The notes below the pieces were generated by a model. That model made no database searches. It saw only the letters and a program-made list of their open reading frames with translations, and was not told the origin of the DNA. Both the position numbers and the translations under genes were made by a program. A DNA stretch of 64,000 bases from Antechinus flavipes. Its lineage: Eukaryota. Shown piece by piece: positions 27,865 through 40,860 of this stretch (position 1 is the first letter of the stretch; the number at the start of each line of letters is the position of its first letter). The stretch is from contig NC_067400.1 of assembly GCF_016432865.1 (NCBI RefSeq), forward strand, positions 76,570,001 through 76,634,000, given 5' to 3'.

Positions 27865-28100
27865 TGATGGAGCAGAGTACACAGAGCATCAGGCTTAGAG
27901 TCACAAAGACCCAATTCAAAAATGACCTCAGACAATTAATAGCTATGTGACAATGGGTCAAGTCAGTTAACTGTCTGCCTCAATTTCCTCAACGGTAAAA
28001 CAAAGCTAACAGTTTCTACTTCCCAAGGTTGTTGGAAGGATCAAATGAGATAATAATCACAAAATATCTGCACAGTGCCTGACACATAATATGCACTAGT
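27865..28100 (+). mobile_element. MIR/MAR1-type CORE-SINE
   Basis: Head and core (gacctcagacaattaatagctatgtgac...cctcaatttcctcaacggtaaaa) plus aaggatcaaatgagataat...gtgcctgacacata tail. Confidence 0.7.
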
Positions 28101-29129
28101 GCATTATATAATATACACTTTGTGCATATCATATATAGTTCCAGCAAAGAATACTTTGTTACTTTTTTTTTTACAAGTATTGTGTATATTTTTAAAAGTT
28201 AACAAAATTGCACTGCTTTGAAAACATTTTACAATCCAGATAAACCTAATGAGGACAATAACTGTCTAGTCCTGCCCTGATATTGGTAGTACTTCTGGAT
28301 AACTCTTGTAACATTTAAATTAACTGAAATCTTGGATAATCAACAACATGTAAGTTACTGATAAAATACTTCTCTCTAATTGCTTTAATAATAAGATTAC
28401 TATTTGTTTCTTGGATTGAAGTTATACCTGAATCATTTTCAACATAGATGAATTAGGAAAGGGGATGAAAATAATCCTCTATTTGAGGATTATGTTTAAA
28501 TTTAACATAACTTAGTTTTTAAGAAGTGAGGGGAAAAATAATTCAGTTTGCCTTACGAAATGAAATCCAAAATCTCAAATACTTGTAATGCTTTCGTTTA
28601 TGATCTTTTTAAAGTTACTAAGTAGGATAAAGATGGTTCTTCAAAATCACTGCCATCAAGTACTCCTGAAGTTTCCTTAGACACACAACCCTATAAAAAA
28701 AAAGAAATAACAGGACCAATTTCCAACTCCTAAAGACTTAGGACAGAAGTCATCCACCTGTTTGTCTCTCTAGCTTGAATTCATCCCAAGCCAAGTCGTT
28801 AAATACTAGGAAACGGTCAAACTTGGGCCATAACCATATTCTTAAGTCTTGTAATAAGCTTCTGGTGAGGAGAGTCATGAGAATCAACACATCCAAAGGA
28901 ATATAAAGAAATAGTCACTATTTTTCATATTCTTCCCAAGCTATTAGCCAAAAGAATCAGTATCTAGCATTAAAAAAAAAAAAAAAAAACCACAGCAAAG
29001 TAACAGAGTATTAAGAATGCAGTCCAAGTAAATATTTGGGAGAGGTAGTATGAGCTGATGAGTCAATGGAAGTACATGTTATAAATACGCCATTTATTTC
29101 TGGTTCATAGATGATATAAATGAGCCCAA

Positions 29130-29345
29130 TATTCAGCCTTCCACTGGCACTTTGATTCCATTATCTCACTTGATCCTCACACCACCCTGGAAGGCGGGTG
29201 TTATTATTATTCCTATTTTACAGTTGAAAAAATCAAGGCAGAGATTTAGTGACTTGCCTAGGGCAGAGAGGTCCTAGGGGTCTGAAGCTAGATTTGAAAC
29301 AGCTCTTCCTGACTCTAGGCCAAGTGCTCTCTACCTAGCTGTCTT
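29130..29345 (-). mobile_element. MIR/MAR1-type CORE-SINE (reverse)
   Basis: atctcacttgatcctcacaccaccctg...attttacag...gtgacttgcctaggg...cttcctgactctagg. Confidence 0.7.
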
Positions 29346-30247
29346 ACTGTAGCTGTTTATATTTTGAAATAGACCTCTACAACAAGGACAACTATATAAA
29401 AAAAGTAGAGAGCTTATTAATTCAAAATTATTTCAGTTCATCACTAATTTTGTAGGAGAGTTCTTGAATCATCTCAACTCATTCAGTACAAATTTCTCAA
29501 GAAAGAAATTTTAAGATGTTTGAAGGATGAGGAAGAGGGGTATCTGGCACAAATAGACTGGAAAAAAAGCATCTTTGGTGTAAAAGCAGATTAAAATCTA
29601 TAAACCACTATTATAAAGATCATTATTTGAAACCATATTTCCCAATCAAGCATCAATTTAAACTCAGTACTCCTTCCACTAAAAAGTTCTATATATTACT
29701 GTCTTCTCTAGTTTTTTAAATGCTAAAATTCTTTTTTTTTTGCCAAGAGCATTTTGATTTAAGTTTCCAATTCAAGAGCTTACCAAAAATACTGCAAGCA
29801 AAATTCCCATCATTTAATCCACCAATGCAAATTATTTTACACAGGTTGAATATTTTAACTAAGATCTTAGAAAAGAGGGGAAAAAAATGTTTATCGACAT
29901 GTAAAAATTTATATTGTCAAAGATTTATCTAGATATCTTGCATTTTTAATTTCAACACATTTTTAAAGCACAAGAACGTTGGCTGAAATTCAGCTTTTAA
30001 GTGGACATTAAAACCGAAGAAACATTGAGTCAAAAATAATTCTCCCTGAATACATGTGGTATCTATTAATATATCAAAATCAGCAAGAAATGTAGAATAA
30101 CTCACAGGCAAAATGGCGTTAATACAGCATTATGTATCAGGCTATTTTTGTTCACTAGGGATGGTGGGACAGTTAATTATATGTTTATTTTTCAGTTACT
30201 TAATTTTTCTTTCAAGAAACTTTAAAACTTGAACTGTGTTTACTTAC

Positions 30248-30282
30248 ATGGTTTATATGGTTGCTCTTCCTCTTTTCTCTCA
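30248..30282 (-). CDS. CCNYL1: CCNYL1 coding exon 3 ((V)REKRKSNHINH)
   Basis: 35 nt, TAG acceptor, GTAAGT donor; phase fits exons 2 and 4. Confidence 0.95.
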
Positions 30283-31544
30283 CTAAGAATAAAAGCAAAT
30301 TAACTGATTAATTCCTGTATTTTCAGCTTGAAAACATTATAGTGAAATTTGAACGTTAATTTGGAGACGCACGCGCATGCACACACATATACAGACACTT
30401 TATATGTAAAATTAATTTCACTATATACTAATTTCTACATAGTATGCAAGATTTTAAAAGTCTATTCTATTTTGTAGTCCTTAATACAAATTCTAAAATT
30501 AAAAGACAAGATTTCTCACAGGGATAAAGGACCTCACAAAGTAGCAATTTCACTCTGGAGCCTAACTGATACATATACAAAAAGGGTTGTCCATACAGAG
30601 AAACAGGAAGAACAAATGAGGTTAGCAACTAAAGCTACTTAAATTTCTCACATCTTACTCCTCATCAGCATCATAAAAAACGAAAGAAAGGAAGTAAAAG
30701 ATCCCATTCTGGGTTCAACAACTGGAAGTTCAATGTGCTGATTCACAGCTGCTATGTTTTACATATCCCAGTCATTCAATGGTTCTATATTACATTGTTA
30801 CTATAAAATTAAACAAATTATTTTTTGAAACAGTTAAAAACTAACACTGCTTTTTCAATTAAAATAAATCATCCATGCCACACAATCCTGTACTACTCAT
30901 GTCTATGTAGATGAAATGGCACTAAGCTGTCCAGTTCCTTGGTACTCTCCTAATGCCTAGCATGCTGCTGGGGGCAGTGTAGACACTAAAGCAATGCTGA
31001 TAAAGGAGCTATGTGACAGCTACAACCTTCCATTCATTTAATTTGCCTACTCTTTTTTTCTCTTAAGCAAGACTACTCAATGGTTCCTAAAAAAAAGGAA
31101 ACTATTTTTTTCCTTTGAGAAAGAACTCAGGTGATTTACTCAGACAGATATACACACAAATTTATCCATATGACCTCCGGTAGGTGACTGTCCTAGGCAG
31201 CAGTGATCCATTTGAGAAATGAGAATTGCACTTGATGGCCTCTTAACCTTCTTCTAGCTGTCAATCTATGATCCTAAATTCCATGTTAAGAAACATGAAT
31301 TTCTAAAGTACAGTCATTATCATAGTAATTATTTAATGATACAAAATGAACTGCTTCATCTTAATTTCTACTTTATCCAACATATTGATACCTTGAATTT
31401 TTTTCCTTTGCAAACTACCTGTTCACATCCTTCAACCATTTACTAACTAGGGAAAATAAATCTTTTAAAATCAGTTCCTAAAATAGGGTGCTCCAAAAGT
31501 TTAAATGCTGTTTTAAACTTTAATAAGCTTTAAACTACCCTAAG

Positions 31545-32715
31545 ATTTTTGAGATATGTTGTACAACTTGGAAATAAGATCTTTATCTCAGAAACTTTCA
31601 GAAAAGATTTTTTTTTTCCCTAGCTGTCTCTCCTTTAATTTTAACCATGCTGGTTTTGTTTCTGCAAAAACTTTTAAATTTTATAAATTCAAAATTGTCC
31701 ACTTTGTCTTCTGTGATCCTTTATCTTGTTTGATCAAAAAATATCCCCCTATCTATAGATCTGATAATTTCTTCTTTGCAATCCTAATTTGTGCTGTGAC
31801 TTTTATACGCAAATCAAACACCCATTTGGAGTATTATCCTGGAATATGGGTACCTAATTTCTGAAAGCCTGACTTCCAGTTTTCCTAGCAGTTTTTGTCC
31901 AGGAATAAGTACTTATCTTAGTAGCTAGATCTCTGGATTTACAGAACCCTGAGCTATCGCCTTTATTTCTGTAACATACTTAAACTAAAGTTTCTGTTAC
32001 ATACTAAACCTTTATTTCTGTAACATACTTAAACTAAAGTTTCTGTTACATACTAAACTAAAATTCCACTAAAACAGTTTTCTATTTTTTTTTTGACTAA
32101 TACCAAATCATTTTGATTGCTTATTATCTTGAGATTGGGTTCTTGCTAGGTCCCCTATGTTTTCAATTTATTTCCTCCAGATAAATTTTAATTCTACAAA
32201 GTAACCTTTTGATATTTTGATTTTTATAGCAGTGATTGGATAATAAATTAAGTAGTATTGTCATTTTCATTATACTGGCTCAGACTCTACTCATGAAGAA
32301 TTAATATTTATTCATTTTTAAACCCAATTTTTCTATTAACAGTGTGTGTATATATCTAATTTCTGTGCATGTCTTGATAGGTAAATTATCTCCCTCCCCC
32401 AAATATACATACACATTCTCCTTTCATATTCTCCTTTCTGTTCATAATATACAGAAATACTTAGTTTTTTTTTATGCCTACCTATTTTATATTCTGCAAC
32501 TTTAGTGTCGTTAATTGCATCTATTAATAACGGATTGGTCTCTAATTAAACAAATGAATTTTTTTCTTTGCTTCTAAGTTATTTTGCTTCTTTGCTTTTC
32601 TTACTGATACAGTTAGCATTTCTAGCATTACATATCAAATAATAGTAGTGATAATGCAACTCTTGCTTCATCTCTGATCTGGAAAGGTCTCTAGTTTATT
32701 CCTATTACATATTGA
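31545..32715 (-). mobile_element. Old degraded L1 ORF2 fragments (sense to CCNYL1)
   Basis: T-rich reverse-complement L1 ORF2 text (ttttaaccatgctggttttgtttctgcaaaaacttttaa; tcattttcattatactggctc); many indels; interrupted by a tandem repeat. Confidence 0.6.
31960..32057. repeat. Perfect 2 x 49-bp tandem duplication
   Basis: Unit cctttatttctgtaacatacttaaactaaagtttctgttacatactaaa at 31960-32008 and 32009-32057. Confidence 0.95.
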
Positions 32716-32788
32716 TATCTGTTACGAATTGATCACTGTAGGCTGAATATTGCCTTAGTAAACCACAATTAACATTTTCTGTGTTGCA

Positions 32789-32913
32789 TATAAAGGACTC
32801 CTTGCCATCTAGGGGAGGGGTTGGAGGGAGGGTAGGGGAAAAAAAAAATCGGAAAAGAAACGAGTGCAAGGAATAATGTTGTCATTATAAAGTAATCATT
32901 AAATTAAAAAAAA
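32789..32913 (+). mobile_element. Very short 5'-truncated L1 (3' end with A tail) with 15-bp TSD
   Basis: gccatctaggggaggggttggagggagg...gagtgcaaggaataatgttg...A tail; TSD ATTTTCTGTGTTGCA at 32774-32788 and 32914-32928. Confidence 0.85.
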
Positions 32914-33757
32914 ATTTTCTGTGTTGCACTGTATATTTATTTATTTTGTTAAATATTTATATTTTAACATGGTTCCAATTCCCACTGGGAAATTTGAGGG
33001 GTTTCTGGCAAACCCCCAGATATGCTTTAGAAAAAAATTTCTGAGATGTGAGTCTACTTAGAGCTCCACCTTGCCACCCCAAATTGGGAAATTTCTTTAC
33101 CAAACACCAATGGAGGATGAGGCATCTCACTCTCAGTTATGACAAGGGACCCTAAAGCATCAAAATCTCAAGCAGTCACAAGCACACCAGGCTATGAGAA
33201 CCTCAGCTGACCACAGCATGGAGCTTATATGAAGCCCAAATCATGGTTTACTTCCCATATGACCAGGTCATATTGGCTCTCCTCTAGGTTGAAAGTATCC
33301 TTAATTATGGCTACCTTAAAAATGAGTTTGCTTTATGGAGACAGATTGGCATTGTGAAATGGTCAGCACAAATTGATTTTTACTCAAAGCCCTGATTAAC
33401 AGAGGCAGGTATGGCAGGTAGACAGAGAATCTGAGGATTCAGGGTGGGTGTGATATTTACTACCTGCCGGACGTTGGACAAGTCACTTCTCCCCTTTTTG
33501 TGACTATCCAATTCCATCACCTATAAAGTGATAGAGCTAGACTAGATACCTTATAATCTGCAGCAACATATACACAGATATAGTGGCAAACAAAATAAAG
33601 CATATTCCTTTTCAGTCTTGGCATGAAAGTTGTTTATACATATTAATCTATGATTGTTAATACATGATATATAATAGGCAACCCTTAGAAAAAAAAAAAA
33701 ACTTAGAAAAAGTGAGGTCTTAATTAGTCTCCTAAGAAAATGATGGAGTAATCTTAC

Positions 33758-33832
33758 CATCAGTCTGGGATTTGCTCAAAAATATTGTGCTTGCTCTGGG
33801 ATGATCAGATGGGTTTGATTCCATGGCTAAAT
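33758..33832 (-). CDS. CCNYL1: CCNYL1 coding exon 2 ((D)[24 protein letters not shown])
   Basis: 75 nt, CAG acceptor, GTAAG donor; manual translation gives the conserved cyclin Y motif [20 protein letters not shown]. Confidence 0.97.
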
Positions 33833-35664
33833 CTGTTGAAGAAAAAGATAAGGAAAAATGTGAGATAGATCCCTACTCTTTTTAGATGTACTGGTCTGCT
33901 GACTATTTTTTAAAAAGTCATCTCTAATTAGAATGCCAATAAAAATAGAATAATGGGGATCTGTAAAAGACAACCTGCCCAGGCTGAGATTGAGATAAAA
34001 ACATGTAATATTGGGAAAACTTCAAAATTAAGTCACACAATCATAACACATATGTAATGATCTATAAAGAAATTGGCAGGAATTTTTCATATGCAAGGCC
34101 AATGTATTGTATAATACAGATAACTAAAAAGTTGGTCACTGTGACAGGAGGAAACCCCCCCCCCCCGAGTTACTTATTAGTTATTTCATTAAAACTTACA
34201 AGAATTTTAATAAATAACTGAAAAGCTTAAAAAGTAAACAACCCAGAGGAAGTCTAAGAGATTTATAAATGAATATAAGAAGAGATTTATGTTTAATATG
34301 TACAACATCCTTGTGAGGCAAGTGGTATCAATAAATATCTTCATAGGAAACTAAGAATCAGAGAGGCCTGGAGCCACATTTAAACTTAGATCTTCCTGAC
34401 TAGATCTGGTACTCTTATCTACTGCACCAATTTGCCCAAGTAACAAAAACATCATGTATTCAAATTAACAATACATCAGATAGTCATTTCAAGGCTACAG
34501 GGCAAAAATCAAACAGGGGTGGGAGTCAGTTTGGAAGTACCTTTCAAATATGGAAAATATTTTTAAAACCATGATCAGATAGAAACTAGAAATACAATAG
34601 AGCCATGTTCCTCACCCTAATATAAAGAAAGCTTGCTAGAGACTTCGAATACCAATCTTTTAAACAGTCCAAAAGGAGAAAACAAAATTAGAGAATCAGT
34701 AGCTCTACTTGGATCATGATATTAAAAAACATGCATATTTAGGATAAACAAGAGATTATCATTTTTTTAATCTCTTGTTTACCCTAAATATGCATTAAGA
34801 AAGACCACTGTAACCAAAAAGTGGCAAGGTCGCTAATTTTTGCTGCCTATATCACTTAAATCATAACCTGCCTAGAGGTATAAATTAATATTTAACATTT
34901 TATAGTTTAAATTTCCTTGAGGACAGAGATGACATAATACTATATATCCTCAACAATATCTAGTAAAATATCATGCAATGCACAGAAGAGATGGCCCAAG
35001 AATGACAGTTGAATAAATGAAAACACAATTTGAAAACCAAAAGGTTCCAAGGGAATTCAGACCCATGATTCTCATTTTCATAAACAAGCTGGTCTAATTT
35101 TTAATAAATATTATGATCTTTGAATGTAATCAATTATTATGAGCAAGGCAATGTAGTTTCTACCAAAAGGAACATTTAAGAATTTTGAAGAAACCACAAA
35201 AGATGAGGGAAAAGCATTTTTGAACTGCTACGTAAATGGAATTATTAGCAACATAAAAGAATGAAGGTTAAACAGAAAAGAGCACATACAGGCATATCTT
35301 GACAACTGGGGAGCTAGAAGGTGCAGGACTCCCCTAAATATGAACCATCATAAATTAGTCTAGGCACCAAAACTTTATTTTTAATAATTCTGATCACATT
35401 TTATACAAGATGATACACTATATCCATAAAAAGCTGTAGTTTCTATGTAAGCATGAATGAATAGTAGTAACGTCTTTATTTACTAATTCAAATCAGCAAC
35501 TGCTCTGCACTGAGCAGAAAATGAACCGAGATATGAAATAATTAGCCCAGGTCTCCTAAATGATCAACATTCTATCAATTCACTAAACCAAGTTATCTCA
35601 AGGATATGAAATAAAAGGGAGAAAAAAATCTACATGAAAAATGTTTATGTCAGCACTATGCTTA

Positions 35665-35920
35665 ATTTGTTTTTGTTGTTTGGTTGTTTCAGCTTTATCC
35701 AACTCATCATGACCTCATTCAGGGTTTTCTTGGGAGAGAGATACTGGTGTGGTTTGCCTTTTCCTTCTCCAGTTTATTTTACAAAAGAGAAAACTGAGAC
35801 TCATAAGGTTAAGTGACTCAACTAGGGTCACACAGCTAGTAAGAAGGAGCCTAAGTCTGAATTTGAACTCAGGTCTTCCTGACTCCAAACCTGGTGCTCC
35901 ACCCACTGAAACAGCTCACT
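35665..35920 (-). mobile_element. MAR1/WALLSI-like SINE with RTE-derived tail (reverse)
   Basis: gggttttcttgggagagagatactggtgtggtttgccttttccttctccag (RTE-type 3' tail) joined to a CORE-SINE body. A similar element lies at ~43735-43980. Confidence 0.7.
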
Positions 35921-36589
35921 GCTCTATACCTAATAGATAATTCACATAGATAATGACTATGAACAGCTAAATAGATGGGAAGTAAACTGAAGCAACTGAA
36001 CTTTTAATATCAAAAAATAATACAGTATGAATAAAGGCATCAAATGAAACATTTAAAACTGATTTAAAACTATATAAAAATGTATATTCAATAGCATATA
36101 TAGCAGAATAGATAATCTTGGCATCAAAAAACAAAAAACAACCCAGAGTTGAAGGCGGCTTTTCTCTAACACATGCCGTCTCTGTAGTTGTGGGCAAATC
36201 ACTTTAGTTCTCAATATATGCAGGCAACTAAAACTAGAGGATGCCAATGAAAAAAGATAATCACACAGCCAGTCAAATTTTCATTGGACACTAGAGGAAT
36301 AGTTCATAGTTTGAATTAAGGTCAGGATACTAAAATAACTTCACAGGCCATAACATTAGACTGAATCAAATAAAATTACTAGGGGTAAGTACAGCCTTAC
36401 ATTTAATGTTAAAACAACATCAATTTCATATGTTAAAAAATGTAATGGGTATGGTTAAGCTGCACATAGAAAAAGATGAAGGCATTTTAAGAGACTCAGT
36501 TCCATAGGAGTCAAAAGTATAAGATGACATTCCAAAACTAGAACTATAACGAGGCTGCTGCATTAGAAAGGCAAAATATTCACTGTTCT

Positions 36590-36960
36590 CCTGTAGAGAC
36601 ATGATATCCACAGTTCTCTGTTCTAGTACAGACCACATCTGGAATCTTGTCTAATTCAGAACGTTACAATTTAGAAAGGCTACTGATAAGATTTCCACAA
36701 GAGAGCAAACAGGATGGTCAAGTACCCAAATTAGATTTGTTCTATTTTTCCCCAAAAGGCAGACCTAGGAGCAATGGGTAAAAAGTGAAGACGAAGATTT
36801 AGTACTAAAATAAGAAAAACATTTGGGCTACCTTGGGAAGCAATGAGTTTCTCTTTTACTGGAGTCATACTTCAAGCACAGTAGATGATCACTTGTTGAG
36901 TATTTTTTAGAGGAAATTCTTGTTCATGTACGATGACATATATCTTAACTAAGAGATTTA
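36590..36960 (+). mobile_element. Ancient L3/CR1 LINE 3' fragment
   Basis: agaccacatctggaat...gggctaccttgggaagcaatgagtttctcttttactggag...gatgatcacttg; CR1/L3-like text, heavily degraded. Confidence 0.5.
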
Positions 36961-38096
36961 GATAAATCTGACTTTTTAGAAAAAACTGTTGACCCAAGGA
37001 TGTGATAGTAGAATCCAAATTCTAGAAAAGGAATCTAAAAATAAGTAGACAAGAACAAGTATGAATGCAGTTAAAAAAAAATTAAGGTCATTTATCAGAT
37101 TAATGAAAACCAAAGACTCTTATTCTAAATGTACAAAAACCATGGTGCACCTAAATCCTCACTTGAAATAATACCATTTGTATTTCTCATTGCCAAATTT
37201 CAAGATCAACATAAAATGGAAAACATAAAGAGCTTCCTCCAACTGTGGAGGTTGGGGTCAATAGTTGTAGAACACTGAATATCATTTTTAAAAAATGTAT
37301 TGACTGGGTTTATTGAATTTTTTTTCTTATTTTTCCTCTGTTGAAGAAAATTCTTTGTTATAAGGGATGGCTCTCAAGGCAATATAGGGGCAATCAGAAG
37401 TAATGTTTCTTCAATGTTGTAAAGAAATAAAATTATCAACTGGGACAAACTTTTATGAGTTTTGTACACTAACTGAAACACTAAAATACCTTATAAGGGC
37501 ATAAACAATGTAAAAATATATCAATAAGAACTTTAAATATATATATATATATGAAAAAGACTCAGAGAAGGGCAACGGTGAGTATTCTATATTAGATACC
37601 AAAAGCTTAGGCCCCACCCTCAAATTTCCAAAGATAAAGGGTAGGGGAAGGACAGTACAAAGAAATGGTATCTATACATATAAAAACAACAATGCTATGT
37701 TCACCAAAATTTGAAACATTAGAAGCTATTACTCAGGAAAGAGTGTAAGTAACAAACACTGAAGATCCATTAACCCCAGAAGGGGTATAAGTCAAAATAT
37801 AAACAGGTTCATAAAGGCTAATTGATAGAGACAACAAATTAAGTCAAAGTAGGATTAGGAGCAGAAGAGCACACTGCTACCTTCTGACCTCAAAGCAAAT
37901 ACTGAGAAATTCATTCAAAAGTGGAAAAAGAAATCAAACTTCAAGTATAAAGCATGCCCCCTTAACCGAAACATATGCTAAGCATTCAATGACACCCACA
38001 CATACCCACAAAAGACAGTCTTTACACAAAAAAAGCCATAAACAATTTGCTGGATTGTTAAATGTTGAGCTTTAATAATAATAATAATAATAAATA

Positions 38097-38487
38097 TGCC
38101 ATCTTCAGCAATAAGATGAACCAAATCAGTCCTAATGGAGCAGTAATGAACTGAACCAGCTACACCCAGCAAAAGAACTCAGAGATGACTAAGAACCATT
38201 ACATCGAATTCCCAATCCCTCTATTTTTGCCCCCCTGAATTTTTGATTTCCTTCACAGGCTACTTGTACAATATTTCAGAGTCTGATTCTTTTTATACAG
38301 CAAAATAATGGTTTGGACATGTATACTTATTTCGTATTTAATGTATAATCTAATATATTTAACATGTATTGATCATCCTGCCATCTAGGGGAGAGAGTGG
38401 GGAAAAATTGAAACAAAAGACTTGGCAATTGTCAATGCTGTAAAATTACCCATGCATATAACTTGTAAATAAAAAACTATTAAAAAT
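38097..38487 (+). mobile_element. 5'-truncated L1 3' UTR (dasyurid-type) with TSD
   Basis: gatgaaccaaatcag...gaactgaaccagctacacccagc...gccatctaggggagagag...gtaaaattacccatgcatataacttgtaaataaaaa; 14-bp TSD AATAATAATAAATA at 38083-38096 and 38488-38501. Confidence 0.85.
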
Positions 38488-38819
38488 AATAATAATAAAT
38501 AAAGTCACAGAAATTTGTGCTGTAAGAATATCAATCTACATTTGGCAGAGCTGCACAATGATCCATTAAAATTAGTTTCCTAGGAATCTCAGTCCTTGCC
38601 CTTAAAAAAGAACTCTTATCAAATCATATCAATACCCAGTTTCTGAAAGCTAGGCTTACCACATTCAATCTGTTATGGTAGCACCTAACACATAAAGTGC
38701 TTTGTTAGGTGGTGGAAATATGACAAATTAGAAAACAGAACCTGCCTTCAGTGAGCTTATTTCAATAGTGGGGAAGAAAAGGAGAACCCCAACCCCTCCC
38801 CCCCAAAAAGTGTAAATAC

Positions 38820-39060
38820 AAAACAAGCACATTTGGGAGAGGAAGAGAAAGGCAGGGAAAAGGAGAAAGGGGATAGAAGGAGAGTAAGTAATGGAGGAAA
38901 AAGGAAACAGGGGAAATCGAGAGAAAGGAGAGAAGTGAAGTTTAAATGAGGGGGAGAAAAAGGAAAACAGGGAGACAATGTGACAGAGAGAAAGGAAAGA
39001 AAGATGGACAGAACAAGAGAAGAAGGGAGGAAAGGGAGAGAGGAAAAAGGGAAAGAGAAC
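38820..39060. repeat. GA-rich low-complexity tract
   Basis: Almost purely A/G; source of the F/S/L/P-rich and R/K/E-rich spurious ORFs 38728-39162. Confidence 0.8.
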
Positions 39061-39259
39061 ACTTTTCCCCAAACCCACAAAACACTAGAAGGAAATTATG
39101 TAAGGCTTGGCTTCCCGGAGATGATACCTGAATTAAACACAGAAGAAAATCAAGGATTCTAAAAAGTGAATGAGATTAGTGCATACATTCCCAGGCACAG
39201 AAGCAGAAAATGTCCTGCTGAGTATAGTGACTACAAAAAGATTGTAGTTGGAAAGTAAT

Positions 39260-40860
39260 ACCAGTACATAAGTGACCCTAGAATCATTTCAGCCTAGCAC
39301 AGATTCCCCAGAGATCTGGCCTTGACCTCAGCTGAAAGTAGACCCTTACACAACACATCATCTGAAACAGAACCAGTCCAAATACACTCACTGAGGCAGT
39401 TAAGTAGAGCAGTTTCTCATATCCCTCTAAGGGATGTTGCTGACCAGGGGCACTCAACAGTATATGATTACATATTTAGATCATAGAAAAATTACAGTAC
39501 ATTTCTATACCTACCAACAATCAGATATATCAAGGAGATGAAGCAGAAAAGACCATTCATGAATATTCATATTTAAAAGATACTTAAGGGATGATCTAAA
39601 AAGACAAGACTAAAGAAGGACACATTTAAAATAACTGGTTAATAGCTGACAAAAAGTTTTTATTTTGATACCCACAGCTCAATCAACAATTCTCAAAGGA
39701 AGGCTTTTAAGAAGTTTAACATTACCATTAAGTAAAAAAGCAAATTTAGGAAGAAGCAATTCATTAATGAAAGCTTAAAAATCAAGTTCAACTTGCTCTG
39801 ACTAGCTCTATGTAAAACAAGTAGCTAATTTCTACTAAATCACAAATACTACAAACCTCCAACAAGACAACTACTACAAAAAAATCAGGACTTACTTTCT
39901 TGTCTGAGAAGCTTATATTTACTGAAGACCTAGTAGCTTTCATTGGGTAAGAAAAGAATTTCAAGGGAGATTCCTGCCAAGAAAGAGATGTAAAATAACT
40001 CCCATTTTAGCAAAATTTTGAAGTTTTTATACTAGATTGAATAATGATCAAGATATGAGAAACTTCCACTCCAGAAGTATATAACGGATAGAGCACTGGC
40101 CCTGGACTCAGGAGGACCTGAGTTCAAAGTTGAGATCAGACACTTGCCACTTACTAGCTGTGTGAACCTAGGTAAGTTACTTAAGTCTGACTACCCACAA
40201 AAAAGAAATGTTACAAGAAGCCAGATGGAAGCTTGGAAACTTCTGGGAAAGGGTTTTAGCAAACTAAGACAGCCTGCAAGGCTCTGTGATCAGAGGCATC
40301 AAGAATAGAGGCATGGAGGGCTCCCCTGAAAAAAAACCTCTAGAGCCTAGACGTGCTGGAAGTGTGGAGGCAGAAATCAGGCCTGAGAAACTAAAGGACC
40401 CAAAGCTAAAAGTTAATTTAACACTAGAAGGAAGTGATGAGCCAGTGAATTGAGTGGGGCAGAGAGATGGGGTCCCAAAGCATGAAAGGAGCAGAGCCTG
40501 GCCCTGGCCCAAATCCCCCAAAACTGAAATTAAAGCTGAAAAGTTGAGAAAAATGAAAACATCCACCAGTATCAAAACTGGTGAGAGAATGAGAAAAAGC
40601 CATAGTAATTCCAAGCAGAAAGTTAAGAAAAATATGGACTTTTATAATTTATGTAGTATATAGTAATGTAAAGTAAAATGTATTATATAAAGTAATATGA
40701 AATAAAATGAAGAAATTAAAAAATGGAGAAAGGTTCTTGAAGAAGAACTGGAAGAATAGCTTAGAAGTGGTAAAAGGAACCTGAATAAACTGAAAAGGAA
40801 TCAATCATGAGACTTCTAAGTATTACAATAAAAATCAAAAGGTTGGTAAGAAAAAAAAAA
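39260..40860 (+). mobile_element. Old degraded L1 5'/ORF1-like region, interrupted by a SINE
   Basis: A-rich, coiled-coil-like coding bias and L1-like text; no intact ORF. The assignment is tentative. Confidence 0.35.
40078..40208 (+). mobile_element. WSINE1/MAR1-like tRNA-derived SINE
   Basis: ggatagagcactggccctggactcaggaggacctgagttcaaa...cagacacttgccacttactagctgtgtga...A tail. Confidence 0.8.

Noticed and set aside
31960-32057. CRISPR-like repeat array
   Set aside because: Mammalian DNA; only two adjacent units with no spacers and no cas genes.
38728-39162. Hydrophobic or charged low-complexity ORFs
   Set aside because: Translations of a GA-rich low-complexity tract.
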